NCBI GenBank assembly: GCA_051599415.1
Contig: AP039704.1
Coordinates: 248,001-289,385 of the forward strand
Source of the DNA: Savitreella phatthalungensis
Lineage: Eukaryota
Length of the DNA: 41,385 bases
Reading direction: 5' to 3'
The first letter of the stretch is position 1; each line of letters begins with the position of its first letter. Of this stretch, positions 20,703 through 30,287 are shown one piece after another. Made by a program: the position numbers and the translations under genes. The notes beneath the pieces were generated by a model. That model was not told where the DNA came from. It saw nothing but the letters and a program-made list of their open reading frames with translations, and did no database searches.

Positions 20703-22412
20703 TCAAGTGGACACTTGCGCCAGAGCGTCACGCGCCGCGGCAAGGCGAATTGCTTGCAGGTCCGCAAAGTCGTGATCACCGCACTTCTCTGTACGCTGTA
20801 GCCACAAACGCGCCTCGTCCAGATCGCCATCGCGCCACGCATAGCATGCCATCTCGTAGAAAATTGCTGGGACCACCCAGCTCTCCGCATCGATCACGTC
20901 ACTGAGGATTCTCGTGTGAAGCGTCGATGCCACTTTGAGTGTGCGCCGTGCTTCATCACGGTCAGTGAATGCTTGCACATGGCCTTTGAGCAAAGATCGT
21001 ACTAGAGCAACGTCCGGATCATCCGATACTTTCCCGGGTCTCTCTATGAGCGCCTCTGAGCTTCGCCGTGTGATCATGCTCTGCCCTTGGAAGCCGTTGA
21101 ACAGCAAGATCAGCTCGAGGACAGGCGTAACAGTTGCCCTCTCAGGTCTGACAAGCTTTCGAAGTTTGCGGCCAATGTAAGTCTCAATGGGGACTGCTCG
21201 ACCAAAGAGTTTCTTTTGTCCAAGTGTTCTTCGTGCGTCTGCTAGTCGATCCTCTGCTGCCCCAAGTGCAGAGGTCTCGCCACGGAAGTATAGCTCCAGG
21301 AGACAGACGCCAATAGTGTAGTTGTAAACGCATTTATTCCAGTTGTTGTCTCGTTCGAGCTGAGCCATGACATCTGCAGCCTTGCGGAACTCCAGCGCAT
21401 TCATCAAGGCAATCGCGTACTCCCATAGATAATTGACTCTTAGCTGCGCCATATAGCCTGTGGTATCGACTCGTTCAAAGCGCTCAAGAGCAGCCTGCTC
21501 TCCATATTGGCGCTGCGCTATGTGAATTTCTTGCAGGCGCCACAGGATCGAATGAGGGTAGCGCTCGGCTGCCGCAAGGGCAGGTTCGAATAAGGAGTGG
21601 TATGCAGCCTCTGCACGTGGAGGGACAATCGGACACATAGAATTGATCGCGTGATAGAAGAGCATGAGTGCCACTAATGCCATATCAGCATAGGGCGTGC
21701 CGCTATGCCTGCTTGCTGCCCGCAATTCTGCCAGAGCATCACTGCGACTGCCCGAGAATCCAATAATGGACAGTATACGACCTATCCCGGGAGGTATACT
21801 CGAGATGGCAAGCGATGTTAGACCGTGGCTGAACAAAATGCCGGCAACGGCATTCTTCTCTACGAGAGAAAGTGCATAAAAGTGTTTGTTCGGTTCCTCG
21901 GCATCATTGTCGAGATCGCAAGTCGCCAAGTGCTTTTTTAGCTTGGCCACGAGGCCATAAGCACGTTTGAAGCGCCAGGCAGCGGTCAACGCTTCCTGCA
22001 TCGAAGCCGAGACAAATCCCAGAATGCTTGAAAGTTGAAGAGCACTGGCCAATTGAAGCTCATAGAATGTCTCCGGTGGGAGCCTCATGCGGTCTTGGTC
22101 AGTCCAGCGTCTGCTCTCGGCGATGGCATCCCCAGTCAGGTCAATGGCATGGGATAGCGCGGATTTCGCCACAGTCGTCTCCTTTTCATCCAATGACAAC
22201 ACAGCTTTGAAGAAGAGCAAGGTTGCTTGGCAAGTCTGGTGCACAGCATCCTCACGCTCCATGAATATTCGATTTGCAGCTTCGTAGTCATCATCCAGCA
22301 AACGATCCAGGCCAACCCCAGCGTGCTCGACACTTTCCTCTCGAGCCGTGATGGCCGAGACTACTTGCTCGTTGGTCAAAGACGGCCCGCCAAGGCCTAA
22401 ATATCCGAGCAT
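20703..22412 (-). CDS. Iml2/TTC39 family TPR-like protein
   Basis: Helical ~570 aa protein with GLDRLLDDD...A, AAWRFKRAY, SSIPP..GRILSIIGFSGSR, W.K..Y.Y and PIE.Y..RK features of the IML2/TTC39 family. First ATG is 22412. Confidence 0.75.
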   Translation of the reverse strand: MLGYLGLGGPSLTNEQVVSAITAREESVEHAGVGLDRLLDDDYEAANRIFMEREDAVHQTCQATLLFFKAVLSLDEKETTVAKSALSHAIDLTGDAIAESRRWTDQDRMRLPPETFYELQLASALQLSSILGFVSASMQEALTAAWRFKRAYGLVAKLKKHLATCDLDNDAEEPNKHFYALSLVEKNAVAGILFSHGLTSLAISSIPPGIGRILSIIGFSGSRSDALAELRAASRHSGTPYADMALVALMLFYHAINSMCPIVPPRAEAAYHSLFEPALAAAERYPHSILWRLQEIHIAQRQYGEQAALERFERVDTTGYMAQLRVNYLWEYAIALMNALEFRKAADVMAQLERDNNWNKCVYNYTIGVCLLELYFRGETSALGAAEDRLADARRTLGQKKLFGRAVPIETYIGRKLRKLVRPERATVTPVLELILLFNGFQGQSMITRRSSEALIERPGKVSDDPDVALVRSLLKGHVQAFTDRDEARRTLKVASTLHTRILSDVIDAESWVVPAIFYEMACYAWRDGDLDEARLWLQRTEKCGDHDFADLQAIRLAAARDALAQVST

Positions 22413-22673
22413 GGCCACGTCAATCGCAATGGATAGTTAGAGACTCATCATTTATGCGACAAGTGAATCCTCAACCATGCTCCCATATGTGCCACAAGCT
22501 ACCGATATAATTTGTATCAACAGGACATAACCTGATCAATTGTTCAATGCATGAACGCAATGGAAATCATGATCAAACGTCATTTGTCTCGGCAAAAACG
22601 CTACACACACTCTGAGGCGTCCGCGCAGTGCTGAAGCTCGTGTGAGAGCGCAGTCTGGCGCGCTCCTGCGACC

Positions 22674-24206
22674 ATGGCGGATGAATGTGAGGAGCGCGCG
22701 CTCAACATCGCCGCAAAGCTCGATTCTGTTGTGGGTGCGTTCTTCTGCAAGGCGGCCAATATCATTGTGCAGTCGCGCCAGAATGCAGCTCTTGGCAGAA
22801 AGCTCAACATGTGGTTCAACGTGGACTCGCACGACTCGGAGGCCTTTCGCGAAGAACTCGAGGGTTGGAGGCGCGTGAACTGTATAGCTGCCATTAAGCC
22901 GCTGGTGATTGAGGTCTACGCACTCATTCGAGACCTCACTCCAAATCAAACGCTCGTGGTTGTCGACACAGACGGCCGGCGGCATGACCTGGGGATTACA
23001 CAGGGAGAGCTTGCGCTCGAGCGATGGCAAATTGATTGGGTGCCGCACGGACAACTACGTGATCGCCCGGATCCATCAGCTTCATACAAGAAGGCTGTTG
23101 TCGTGTTCCGGTCCCTTTATTCCATAGCGAGATTGCTTCCGGCCTGGAAGCTGAAACAGCGCTTGTCAAAATCGCGAACGCCTGGTCTCAAGATTGGCCT
23201 TCGCCTCAGATCAGGCTCTGGTCTCCATGAAGCGATCAAGCTTGATGAGGCTGTCCCGACACTAGCCGAAATCTCCCGGTACGAGCTGCACACGGTCGAC
23301 ACGGCGGCTGGAGGTCTCCGCCTGCGTGTACAATACAGGGCGGAATGCGATTTACGTATCGACGATGCTGAAGCCTTGTTGTCTTCTCATTTTCTGCGGC
23401 ATGACGGCGTCATGCCGCGTAAGGGCTCCCTACCCACGGAACTGCGTGCCCACGCGAAGGCCGAGGACCAGCCCCGATACGCATCAGTCCGGACCTCATC
23501 ATCCATCAAGCGTCGAACATCGGTGATACAACCGTTCAAGACCCCGTCGCTCTCCGCATCGCCTGCTCCGCAAATCTCAAGGACGCCTTCGTCGGCCTCG
23601 ATCGAGCGTGTCGCAGCTATACGTGGGGCTATACGGAGTGCGACCCCGGTCAGCGCTGCTGAACGACCAGGACCATCTGCACTACGTCGCTATTCCTCGT
23701 CTTTCGGACAACGGAGCGGCAGCTTCAGTAGTCGACGCAGACCCAGCAGCAACGCTCCTGAGATATCTCTTAGCCGTGAGGCAAGTAGCACAAGCCTCGA
23801 GCGGCACTTCCGACCTCCTCCGGAGGACGACGAAGAGTTGAGCGCATTCGTGAGCATGCTTGACGAGCGGCCGGTGCTCGGAGGGCGACAGGCCCAACGC
23901 ACCGTGGACGAGCTGCGCAAGTATCAGCAGTTGCGAGACTCTCATGAAACTTTGGCAGATTCTATAAGCCAATCTAGCAACACGAGGAAGCTAGCCGAGG
24001 ATCGGAAGACGCTCACACAATCATTCTCGCCGGCCAAATCCGCTTCTCCGCATGCGCCTATCGTGCCATCAAGATTGTCTGGCAGTCATCCGGTTACGTC
24101 TGCACGCCCGGTCTCGCGCCTTAGCCTGACTGCGGATGCTCAGCGCGGCCCGGCTGACGACGACGATCTCTTCTTCGCCATGAGCGACCTCCACATGAAA
24201 CCTTAG
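22674..24206 (+). CDS. ATG13: Autophagy protein Atg13 (HORMA domain plus disordered Ser/Arg-rich tail)
   Basis: Motifs FF.KAANIIVQSR, N.WFN, PLVIEVY, LERW and YKK.VV.FRSLYS.ARLLPAWKL; C-terminal DDDLFFAMS. Confidence 0.9.
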   Translation: MADECEERALNIAAKLDSVVGAFFCKAANIIVQSRQNAALGRKLNMWFNVDSHDSEAFREELEGWRRVNCIAAIKPLVIEVYALIRDLTPNQTLVVVDTDGRRHDLGITQGELALERWQIDWVPHGQLRDRPDPSASYKKAVVVFRSLYSIARLLPAWKLKQRLSKSRTPGLKIGLRLRSGSGLHEAIKLDEAVPTLAEISRYELHTVDTAAGGLRLRVQYRAECDLRIDDAEALLSSHFLRHDGVMPRKGSLPTELRAHAKAEDQPRYASVRTSSSIKRRTSVIQPFKTPSLSASPAPQISRTPSSASIERVAAIRGAIRSATPVSAAERPGPSALRRYSSSFGQRSGSFSSRRRPSSNAPEISLSREASSTSLERHFRPPPEDDEELSAFVSMLDERPVLGGRQAQRTVDELRKYQQLRDSHETLADSISQSSNTRKLAEDRKTLTQSFSPAKSASPHAPIVPSRLSGSHPVTSARPVSRLSLTADAQRGPADDDDLFFAMSDLHMKP

Positions 24207-24211
24207 AAGCG

Positions 24212-27200
24212 CTACAAGAAAGAGGCAAGGCCAAAATCGCCACGTTGCGCCTGGAGCTCCCGGCATACCTCTGTCAGCTCTGACCGTGCCTCACCTGTGA
24301 GCTGTTCGGGCTGAGCTGACAGGACGGACGCGAAAACCGGTAGCAATGCATCGATATGCGCAAGTGCAGTCGCGTCGCCGGCTTTCAGAAGAGCGCAGAG
24401 CATCTTGTAAACCGGAGTATTCTCCGCAAAGTCTTCCGTGAGAGGCAGATTGGCCACCACGACTGGAAGCACCTGTGCCATGGGTACCGCCTCCCTCCTC
24501 GCGAGAATCATACGTGCTGTACAGCCAATCGCATTGTCCTTTGCAAACCGATGGTTGTCACCAGCGAAAAGCGGCTGCAGCTTCTGCAGAATAGATAGAT
24601 ACTGTGGGGTGAGGTCCTGCGAGCTGAACTGGCAGAGGAGGCCAACAGCATACGCCGAGTTTGATCGCACCTCCCGGTCGTTGTCCCCGAGGCCATTCAT
24701 CAGGCAGGAGAATATTCTGTCTGTGTATACCGACACATGTTGGCCGAGACCGGCAGCGACCTCGCCAAGAGTGGCCACCGCCGTTGCGCGTTCTGAAGAA
24801 TTTTGCGACCTGGCTAGTCTTTCCACCAAGGGAAGGAAAATGCCAAAGGGCGTTTCAAAACTTGCTTTGAGTGTGCTGGCGAGCGCGATGACGACATCTG
24901 CCGCGGCGTCAAGCAGCATTGCCTCGTACTCTGATGACTCATCCGCTTCCACGAAGACGTCGTCTTCATCCTCATCTGCAGGCCCTGCGTCGTTGCCGAA
25001 CGCAAATGCCGCGTCGTCTTCTTGACACGCGTGCTCACCCTTAAGCACAGCGACAAGATTGTTGCACAAGGCCTCTAGCTCGTCGGAAGAACCGAGAAGT
25101 GCCGGTCCGCACAGGCGCAAAGTTTCCGCCAGATTGCGGAACACCTCCATTACGACAATCTTCTCGTCCTCAATTTGCAGCAAGTCAAGCACGGTCGCAC
25201 GAACTGTGTCCGTCAGCGGCGCAACGTCGGCAGGCAGCGAGCTCTCCGAAGAGAATCCCGGACGCCATTGCGCCGGATTCGACATGCTGTAAAGCGTCGC
25301 GACAAACCTGTAGAGCGATGAAACAGCACTTTTGCGGACCCCTTCGTAGAAGTGATTGACTGCTTCGTTGAGTTTCGCGGTGGAGCCCTCAATATACGGT
25401 AAGAAGGCTTTTCGACTGTGTACGAAGATCTCGCCAAGCGCTTCGGCCGCTGCTTCCTTCTCAATCGCTATAGCGGAAGAAAACCCTAGCGATTTGATAA
25501 CGTCATCATCGTCCCCATCTCCAACCTCAAGCCCTTCTTCAATGTTGAGGTCCTCGATTGCTGTGCTATCTTCGTCTCCCAACTCACCTTGATCAAGCGA
25601 CGCGAACAGTGCGGCGACGACGGCTTGCAAGTATGGCGCAACGTCCTGGCCAAGCACGCGAGCGAGAAGGGCAAAGAAGCTGAACGCACACTCTCGTAAC
25701 CGGGAATGCTCCGTCTGCATGGCATCGCCAGCGATTGACGCTGTCTTGTCGATGTAGGCGGAGAAAGCTTCTCTCCCGACTGCCGCCATGACCGCTCCTG
25801 CACAGTCTACGGCTGCACTCCGGAGATCGACGTCCTCATTCTCGGCAATGAGACTCAGCACCACATGCATCGCCGATTCCACGAACGGCCTGAATGCATC
25901 TTCTGAAGAGTGAGCTGCCGATCCGAGGGCGTTGAGCACCGTAGCCTTGATCTCGAGCTCGATCGGGCTGCGAAGCATGACGAGGAATGCTGGCACGAGA
26001 TCCGCGAGGTATTTCAACATGTGATCCTTGTCGAGCGATTCGAGCATGGCATCAAGTGCATTCATCGCAGACTTTGCGACCTCTTCTCCATGTGACTGCA
26101 CAAGAGCGAACACGAGTGGCAGGAGCTGTTCGTGACGTGCACCGATGTCTTCCGGCAGCTCATCTGCGATCTGACCGAGCGCGAGTAGCGCTGCGCGCTG
26201 GACTTCTCGATCTTCGTCGCCCAGTCCAGCAAGGACAAACTGCATGATGGTATCAAGGTTCTGCGAGACGTACTCGACTGCACCCTCCACAGCGACACCA
26301 AGGCAGATCAGGCTAGATTTGCGAGAAGGTGCGTCCGTCTTGAAATTTTGACCGGCCATCGCGAGGAGGGGTTCGTATACGTGGCTTGTGGGCAAGCCGG
26401 TGGACAGCGCATCTACGACACGATAGGCCATACGTGCAGGATTGTCCTCCTCGTCGGCAGGGTCACCGGTGTCCTCGCGTCCAATTTGCAGCATCGTTCG
26501 GACGAGGTCCGGCGCACATCTCAGGCTTTTGACTTTCTTCTTGCGGTAGCGCGTGCAGGTCAGGATCCACGAGAGCGCGAGCACGCGATACTCGTCGTCT
26601 GCTGCCGACTCGCTGCCAAGAGCCACCATAAATCTGAGCAGATCCTCAAGATGCTTACTGATGAGTTGCGGTTCAAGAATTAGGAGTGTCTGGAACACCT
26701 CAAACGCTGGTCGGGCGAGCTCTTGGTTTCCCGCCTCCACAGTCTGCTGCAAAATCGCGGTCATCGACGGTAGCAGGGCCCTGAATTGCTGAATTGAGGC
26801 TCGGTCGTCGACTGCGATAATCTCTGCCATTCGCCCCACCGCCAACAGTGTTGTCGCCCGCACCTCGAGGGACTCTCCATCGTTGATCGTTGTGGTAAAG
26901 AGATTGAAGAGGTCGCCCATCCGATCGCCGAGAAGCTCTTCCATCGTGTCGAATAGTGTATAGAGGACGTATACACCGACTTCACGGGCGTGGACGTCTG
27001 ATGATGTTGCTGCAGCGACCAGGAACCCTGGCAGGTCCGGCCACGCGTTCTGCGGCAGATCGATCTTGGCGATCGCAGCAACGATGCGTGCCTCACTATG
27101 GCGAACAAGTTTGGATGCCTCATTCAAAGTCTTCTGCAATAAAGTCGATCGAAGCCGGGTCTTCACCGTTTCCTCTTGCGCATTCCAGTGAGGCACGACT

Positions 27201-27391
27201 TGCTTGCGAGCCTCCACAGCGGCGAGCTGGCGAATCTGCTCAAGCTGATGCTCCTCCACTATTGCAATCAGCGCCGGCAGGCATTCTGCGTGTACGTAGT
27301 AATCGTCCTTCAGTCTCCTGGTGGCAGCTGCAATGCGCTCGCTGTCCGGAACGAGCGTCTCCGACAGAGCCTGTGCAATCCCCTGCTCCAT
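24212..27391 (-). CDS. KAP123: Importin beta family karyopherin (importin-4/Kap123)
   Basis: 1059 aa HEAT-repeat protein with an IBN_N-like N-terminus (IRQLAAVEARK, WPDL), acidic loops and DNA.GC.ARMI. Confidence 0.85.
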   Translation of the reverse strand: MEQGIAQALSETLVPDSERIAAATRRLKDDYYVHAECLPALIAIVEEHQLEQIRQLAAVEARKQVVPHWNAQEETVKTRLRSTLLQKTLNEASKLVRHSEARIVAAIAKIDLPQNAWPDLPGFLVAAATSSDVHAREVGVYVLYTLFDTMEELLGDRMGDLFNLFTTTINDGESLEVRATTLLAVGRMAEIIAVDDRASIQQFRALLPSMTAILQQTVEAGNQELARPAFEVFQTLLILEPQLISKHLEDLLRFMVALGSESAADDEYRVLALSWILTCTRYRKKKVKSLRCAPDLVRTMLQIGREDTGDPADEEDNPARMAYRVVDALSTGLPTSHVYEPLLAMAGQNFKTDAPSRKSSLICLGVAVEGAVEYVSQNLDTIMQFVLAGLGDEDREVQRAALLALGQIADELPEDIGARHEQLLPLVFALVQSHGEEVAKSAMNALDAMLESLDKDHMLKYLADLVPAFLVMLRSPIELEIKATVLNALGSAAHSSEDAFRPFVESAMHVVLSLIAENEDVDLRSAAVDCAGAVMAAVGREAFSAYIDKTASIAGDAMQTEHSRLRECAFSFFALLARVLGQDVAPYLQAVVAALFASLDQGELGDEDSTAIEDLNIEEGLEVGDGDDDDVIKSLGFSSAIAIEKEAAAEALGEIFVHSRKAFLPYIEGSTAKLNEAVNHFYEGVRKSAVSSLYRFVATLYSMSNPAQWRPGFSSESSLPADVAPLTDTVRATVLDLLQIEDEKIVVMEVFRNLAETLRLCGPALLGSSDELEALCNNLVAVLKGEHACQEDDAAFAFGNDAGPADEDEDDVFVEADESSEYEAMLLDAAADVVIALASTLKASFETPFGIFLPLVERLARSQNSSERATAVATLGEVAAGLGQHVSVYTDRIFSCLMNGLGDNDREVRSNSAYAVGLLCQFSSQDLTPQYLSILQKLQPLFAGDNHRFAKDNAIGCTARMILARREAVPMAQVLPVVVANLPLTEDFAENTPVYKMLCALLKAGDATALAHIDALLPVFASVLSAQPEQLTGEARSELTEVCRELQAQRGDFGLASFL

Positions 27392-27453
27392 ACAAATGTT
27401 GTGACGGGTGTCTTGAGGGTCACGTACCTGAATTTATTATTTACATTCCCCTT

Positions 27454-28707
27454 ATGTCCGTCTCGCGTCTCGGGCTTGGTCTCGGCGTCCGGTCGGCCGA
27501 GGTGATCCGTATCGTGCTTTGGGGGGCTTGTCTGACAGCGGCTCAGAGAGTCTTTGACGCCGCCATATCAGCTCTCGACAGGCTGCTTGTCTCCAGGGCT
27601 GTGATCGATTCTCGTGACGAAGCCTTTAAGTGGGTCCAGGCTCGGCTCATCGACCTCGTCGGGCGCGAGAGCCGACAATTCTCGGTCGCCGAGAGCAGTT
27701 TTCAGGACGATCCCATATTCGCGCCTGCTCATGGCTCGCATCTTGTATGGTGGAGGGGTCGACCGTTTCTTGTTTGTAGAACCGCTTCGGGCATCGGTGC
27801 GACCACAGGCAATCTGCTGAAGAGCGAGCGGCTTGAATCGATCTCGATTTCTACGCCTGCTTTGAGTCCGCATATCCTTCATGGCTTCATTACAGAAGCC
27901 CGGGATCACTACTCGCGGATCGATAGTTCGCGCACAGTTGTGTACTCAGGAAATCAGTACGGCAATTGGAACAGGTTGCATTCTCGGCCCTCTCGCTCAC
28001 TCGATTCCGTCATTATGGACGCCAAAGTCCTGAGAGACCTCGTCGCGGACATTTCCTCGTATCTGGCAGATGATACAGAGCGATGGTACGCCGAGCGTGG
28101 CATTCCCTACCGCAGAGGCTATCTCCTGTACGGACCACCTGGCACAGGCAAAAGCTCGCTTACGCTGGCGTTGGCCGGACAATACAGATTGCCGGTATAC
28201 CTGATCAGTCTTACTATCAAAGGTATGAATGATGAAGGCTTACTGGAGCTTCTTGGCAATATGCCGCGTCGGGCGATTTTGCTGCTGGAAGATGTCGACG
28301 TGGCCTTCCCCTCGCGCAGCGGCATGCTAGAAGGCTCTTCCAGCATCACGCCGTCCGGCTTGCTCAATGCTCTCGATGGCGCGGCCGCGCAGGAGGGACG
28401 AATCGTGATCATGACCACCAATCACAGAGATCACCTGGATCCCGCGCTCGTCCGTCCTGGACGTGTCGATCTCGAAATTCCGTTCCGGCTCGCCACCAAG
28501 ACTCATTTGCACCAACTGTTTGTGAAATTTTATGGCTCAGAAGCCGAGCATGACGCACAGGCATTTGCGTCACCCTGGCCAGAGAACGAATACAGTATTG
28601 CTCAAGCACAGGGCTATTTGATGCAATGGCGACGTGACCCTAAAGGAGCACTCCGTGGGCTGCCCGCATGGCTTTCGGAAAGTTCGGAGCGTCGAATCAG
28701 TTTATGA
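27454..28707 (+). CDS. BCS1-family mitochondrial AAA ATPase (possibly a BCS1-like paralog)
   Basis: WYAERGIPYRRGYLLYGPPGTGKSS (Walker A), LLLEDVD (Walker B), SGLLNALDG and MTTNH...LDPALVRPGRVD, plus a BCS1_N-like region. First plausible ATG is 27454. Confidence 0.88.
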   Translation: MSVSRLGLGLGVRSAEVIRIVLWGACLTAAQRVFDAAISALDRLLVSRAVIDSRDEAFKWVQARLIDLVGRESRQFSVAESSFQDDPIFAPAHGSHLVWWRGRPFLVCRTASGIGATTGNLLKSERLESISISTPALSPHILHGFITEARDHYSRIDSSRTVVYSGNQYGNWNRLHSRPSRSLDSVIMDAKVLRDLVADISSYLADDTERWYAERGIPYRRGYLLYGPPGTGKSSLTLALAGQYRLPVYLISLTIKGMNDEGLLELLGNMPRRAILLLEDVDVAFPSRSGMLEGSSSITPSGLLNALDGAAAQEGRIVIMTTNHRDHLDPALVRPGRVDLEIPFRLATKTHLHQLFVKFYGSEAEHDAQAFASPWPENEYSIAQAQGYLMQWRRDPKGALRGLPAWLSESSERRISL

Positions 28708-28709
28708 GC

Positions 28710-29447
28710 CTATTGGCTCCCTCTGGTCTCCGACCGCGCCAGGTAGTCGCCAATCGCACTTAGACGACCTCCCTCCTCTTCCTTAATCAGTGCAAATTTA
28801 CCCTTTGATGTATCTGCGCGCTTGTAATGACGCAGATCGTCTTTGGTCGCAGAGATCTTCCGCCCACCGAACCAGCGGCCATTCATCACCTTGATGCACG
28901 CTTCAACGGCATTCTGATCGCGGAAGATCACAGCAGCTATCCCGTTCGGCTCGAGATCAAATATCACGACCTTGATGACCACTCCGAAGCGAGTGCATTC
29001 CAGCCGGATATCTTCCTGTATATGATCCCGGAGACATTTGTCCTCCTCGAGCTCAGACAGCGAGAACATTCCCTTTAGAATGACCATACACGGATTTCCT
29101 TGGTCTTCGGACCAGTCCGTCAATCGGGATGTCAGGTGACCCATGTCCGTTCGAGCACGCTTCGATTGTCGCTCAGGTTTCTCCTTGAACTCCGCCTCCA
29201 TTACCCGCAGTCTGTGTCCTCGCAGGTCGACCTCATCCAGCAAAGTTATGGAGAGGGCGACAGACTCTTCGCGGAAAAAGTGAATCAGCGCACCGTCCGA
29301 ATATACTTTCACGCGATCGTTTCCTTCAGAATCCTGAGCGAGGATGCCGCAGCGGGCGAAATGTCTTGCGACCTCGATCTCATCCGTGTCGGGCGGCAGG
29401 CCTTCCACCCACACAGCGCGCATTGAAGAAAGGTTTTTGTGGTGCAT
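28710..29447 (-). CDS. U2 snRNP-associated splicing factor Tat-SF1/Cus2/Uap2 (RRM plus UHM)
   Basis: AVWVEGLP.D...F.RCGI, AL..F.REESV.L...LLD, and a second RRM ILKGMF...EDIR.EC..FG...MNGRWFGGR. Confidence 0.85.
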   Translation of the reverse strand: MHHKNLSSMRAVWVEGLPPDTDEIEVARHFARCGILAQDSEGNDRVKVYSDGALIHFFREESVALSITLLDEVDLRGHRLRVMEAEFKEKPERQSKRARTDMGHLTSRLTDWSEDQGNPCMVILKGMFSLSELEEDKCLRDHIQEDIRLECTRFGVVIKVVIFDLEPNGIAAVIFRDQNAVEACIKVMNGRWFGGRKISATKDDLRHYKRADTSKGKFALIKEEEGGRLSAIGDYLARSETRGSQ

Positions 29448-29459
29448 TGCTATAAATTA

Positions 29460-30287
29460 CTACGGCTCCGCGTTTGTCGCGTCTTGGCTGCATCCCACCT
29501 GCAGCACACTGCTGATCACAAATGATGTGTCCTTCGATACCACTGGCAATCGTAGGAGTACTTGTTCAAGCACGCCTTCGAATGTAGTCTGGCAGAAGTT
29601 GTTGATGCGCAAATCACGGGATTCGAATGTAAGCGTCAGCGACGGTGTTTGTAAGACGTCTGCCGAATCGTAGAGGGAGATGTGCAGGGTTTCAGGAAGC
29701 GTGTACGCTTGCTTATACGTTCGGCACTGCACGCCAGCACGCCCGTCGCAGGCCGTGTCGCACACCAGGGATGATTTCGGTCCGCACGCAGCGTCAGGCC
29801 GCAGGAAGGGGCTGTTGCCGATCGAATCCAAGCCCTCGCAGTCGGAATATACGTCCCAGTGGAGCTTCGCCTTTCGAGCTAGGAAGTTGAGCGTCTCCCA
29901 CAGTGCTTCGAACAGCGCTGTTCGGATATCCCAGCCGCTCAGTGGCGACAAGGATCCCCAGGTACCTTCTAGCTGTACGTTGACCTCGTAACGCGGAGGT
30001 GTCTCCCGGCTAATACAGTTGTCTGTCAAAGTGCGATACAGTGCATCGGATGACACACCTCGATCGTCACTCAAATTCCAGTAGCTCTGCCAAACGGACT
30101 CGAACAGGTCCAGATTACCGATGTTGACGCCGTAATCTGACCAGCGAGCCTCAAAGTGGTATTTGTCCACGGATCCGTCTCGATGGCCGCCTTCCACAGG
30201 TGACGGCGTTGTGCGTGGCAGATACGCCGCCATCGCGACAGAAATGACGCACAGACCGAACATTGCTTTCCACTTGACTCGACGCAT
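29460..30287 (-). CDS. Secreted cysteine-containing protein of unknown function (candidate effector)
   Basis: 275 aa intronless ORF with a basic-then-hydrophobic signal peptide (MRRVKWKAMFGLCVISVAMA) and about 8 Cys in the mature part. No family recognised. Confidence 0.65.
   Translation of the reverse strand: MRRVKWKAMFGLCVISVAMAAYLPRTTPSPVEGGHRDGSVDKYHFEARWSDYGVNIGNLDLFESVWQSYWNLSDDRGVSSDALYRTLTDNCISRETPPRYEVNVQLEGTWGSLSPLSGWDIRTALFEALWETLNFLARKAKLHWDVYSDCEGLDSIGNSPFLRPDAACGPKSSLVCDTACDGRAGVQCRTYKQAYTLPETLHISLYDSADVLQTPSLTLTFESRDLRINNFCQTTFEGVLEQVLLRLPVVSKDTSFVISSVLQVGCSQDATNAEP

Noticed and set aside
26956..27453. N-terminal extension of the BCS1-like ORF
   Set aside because: It starts at a non-ATG codon and is antisense to the KAP123 CDS; family similarity begins only after ATG 27454.
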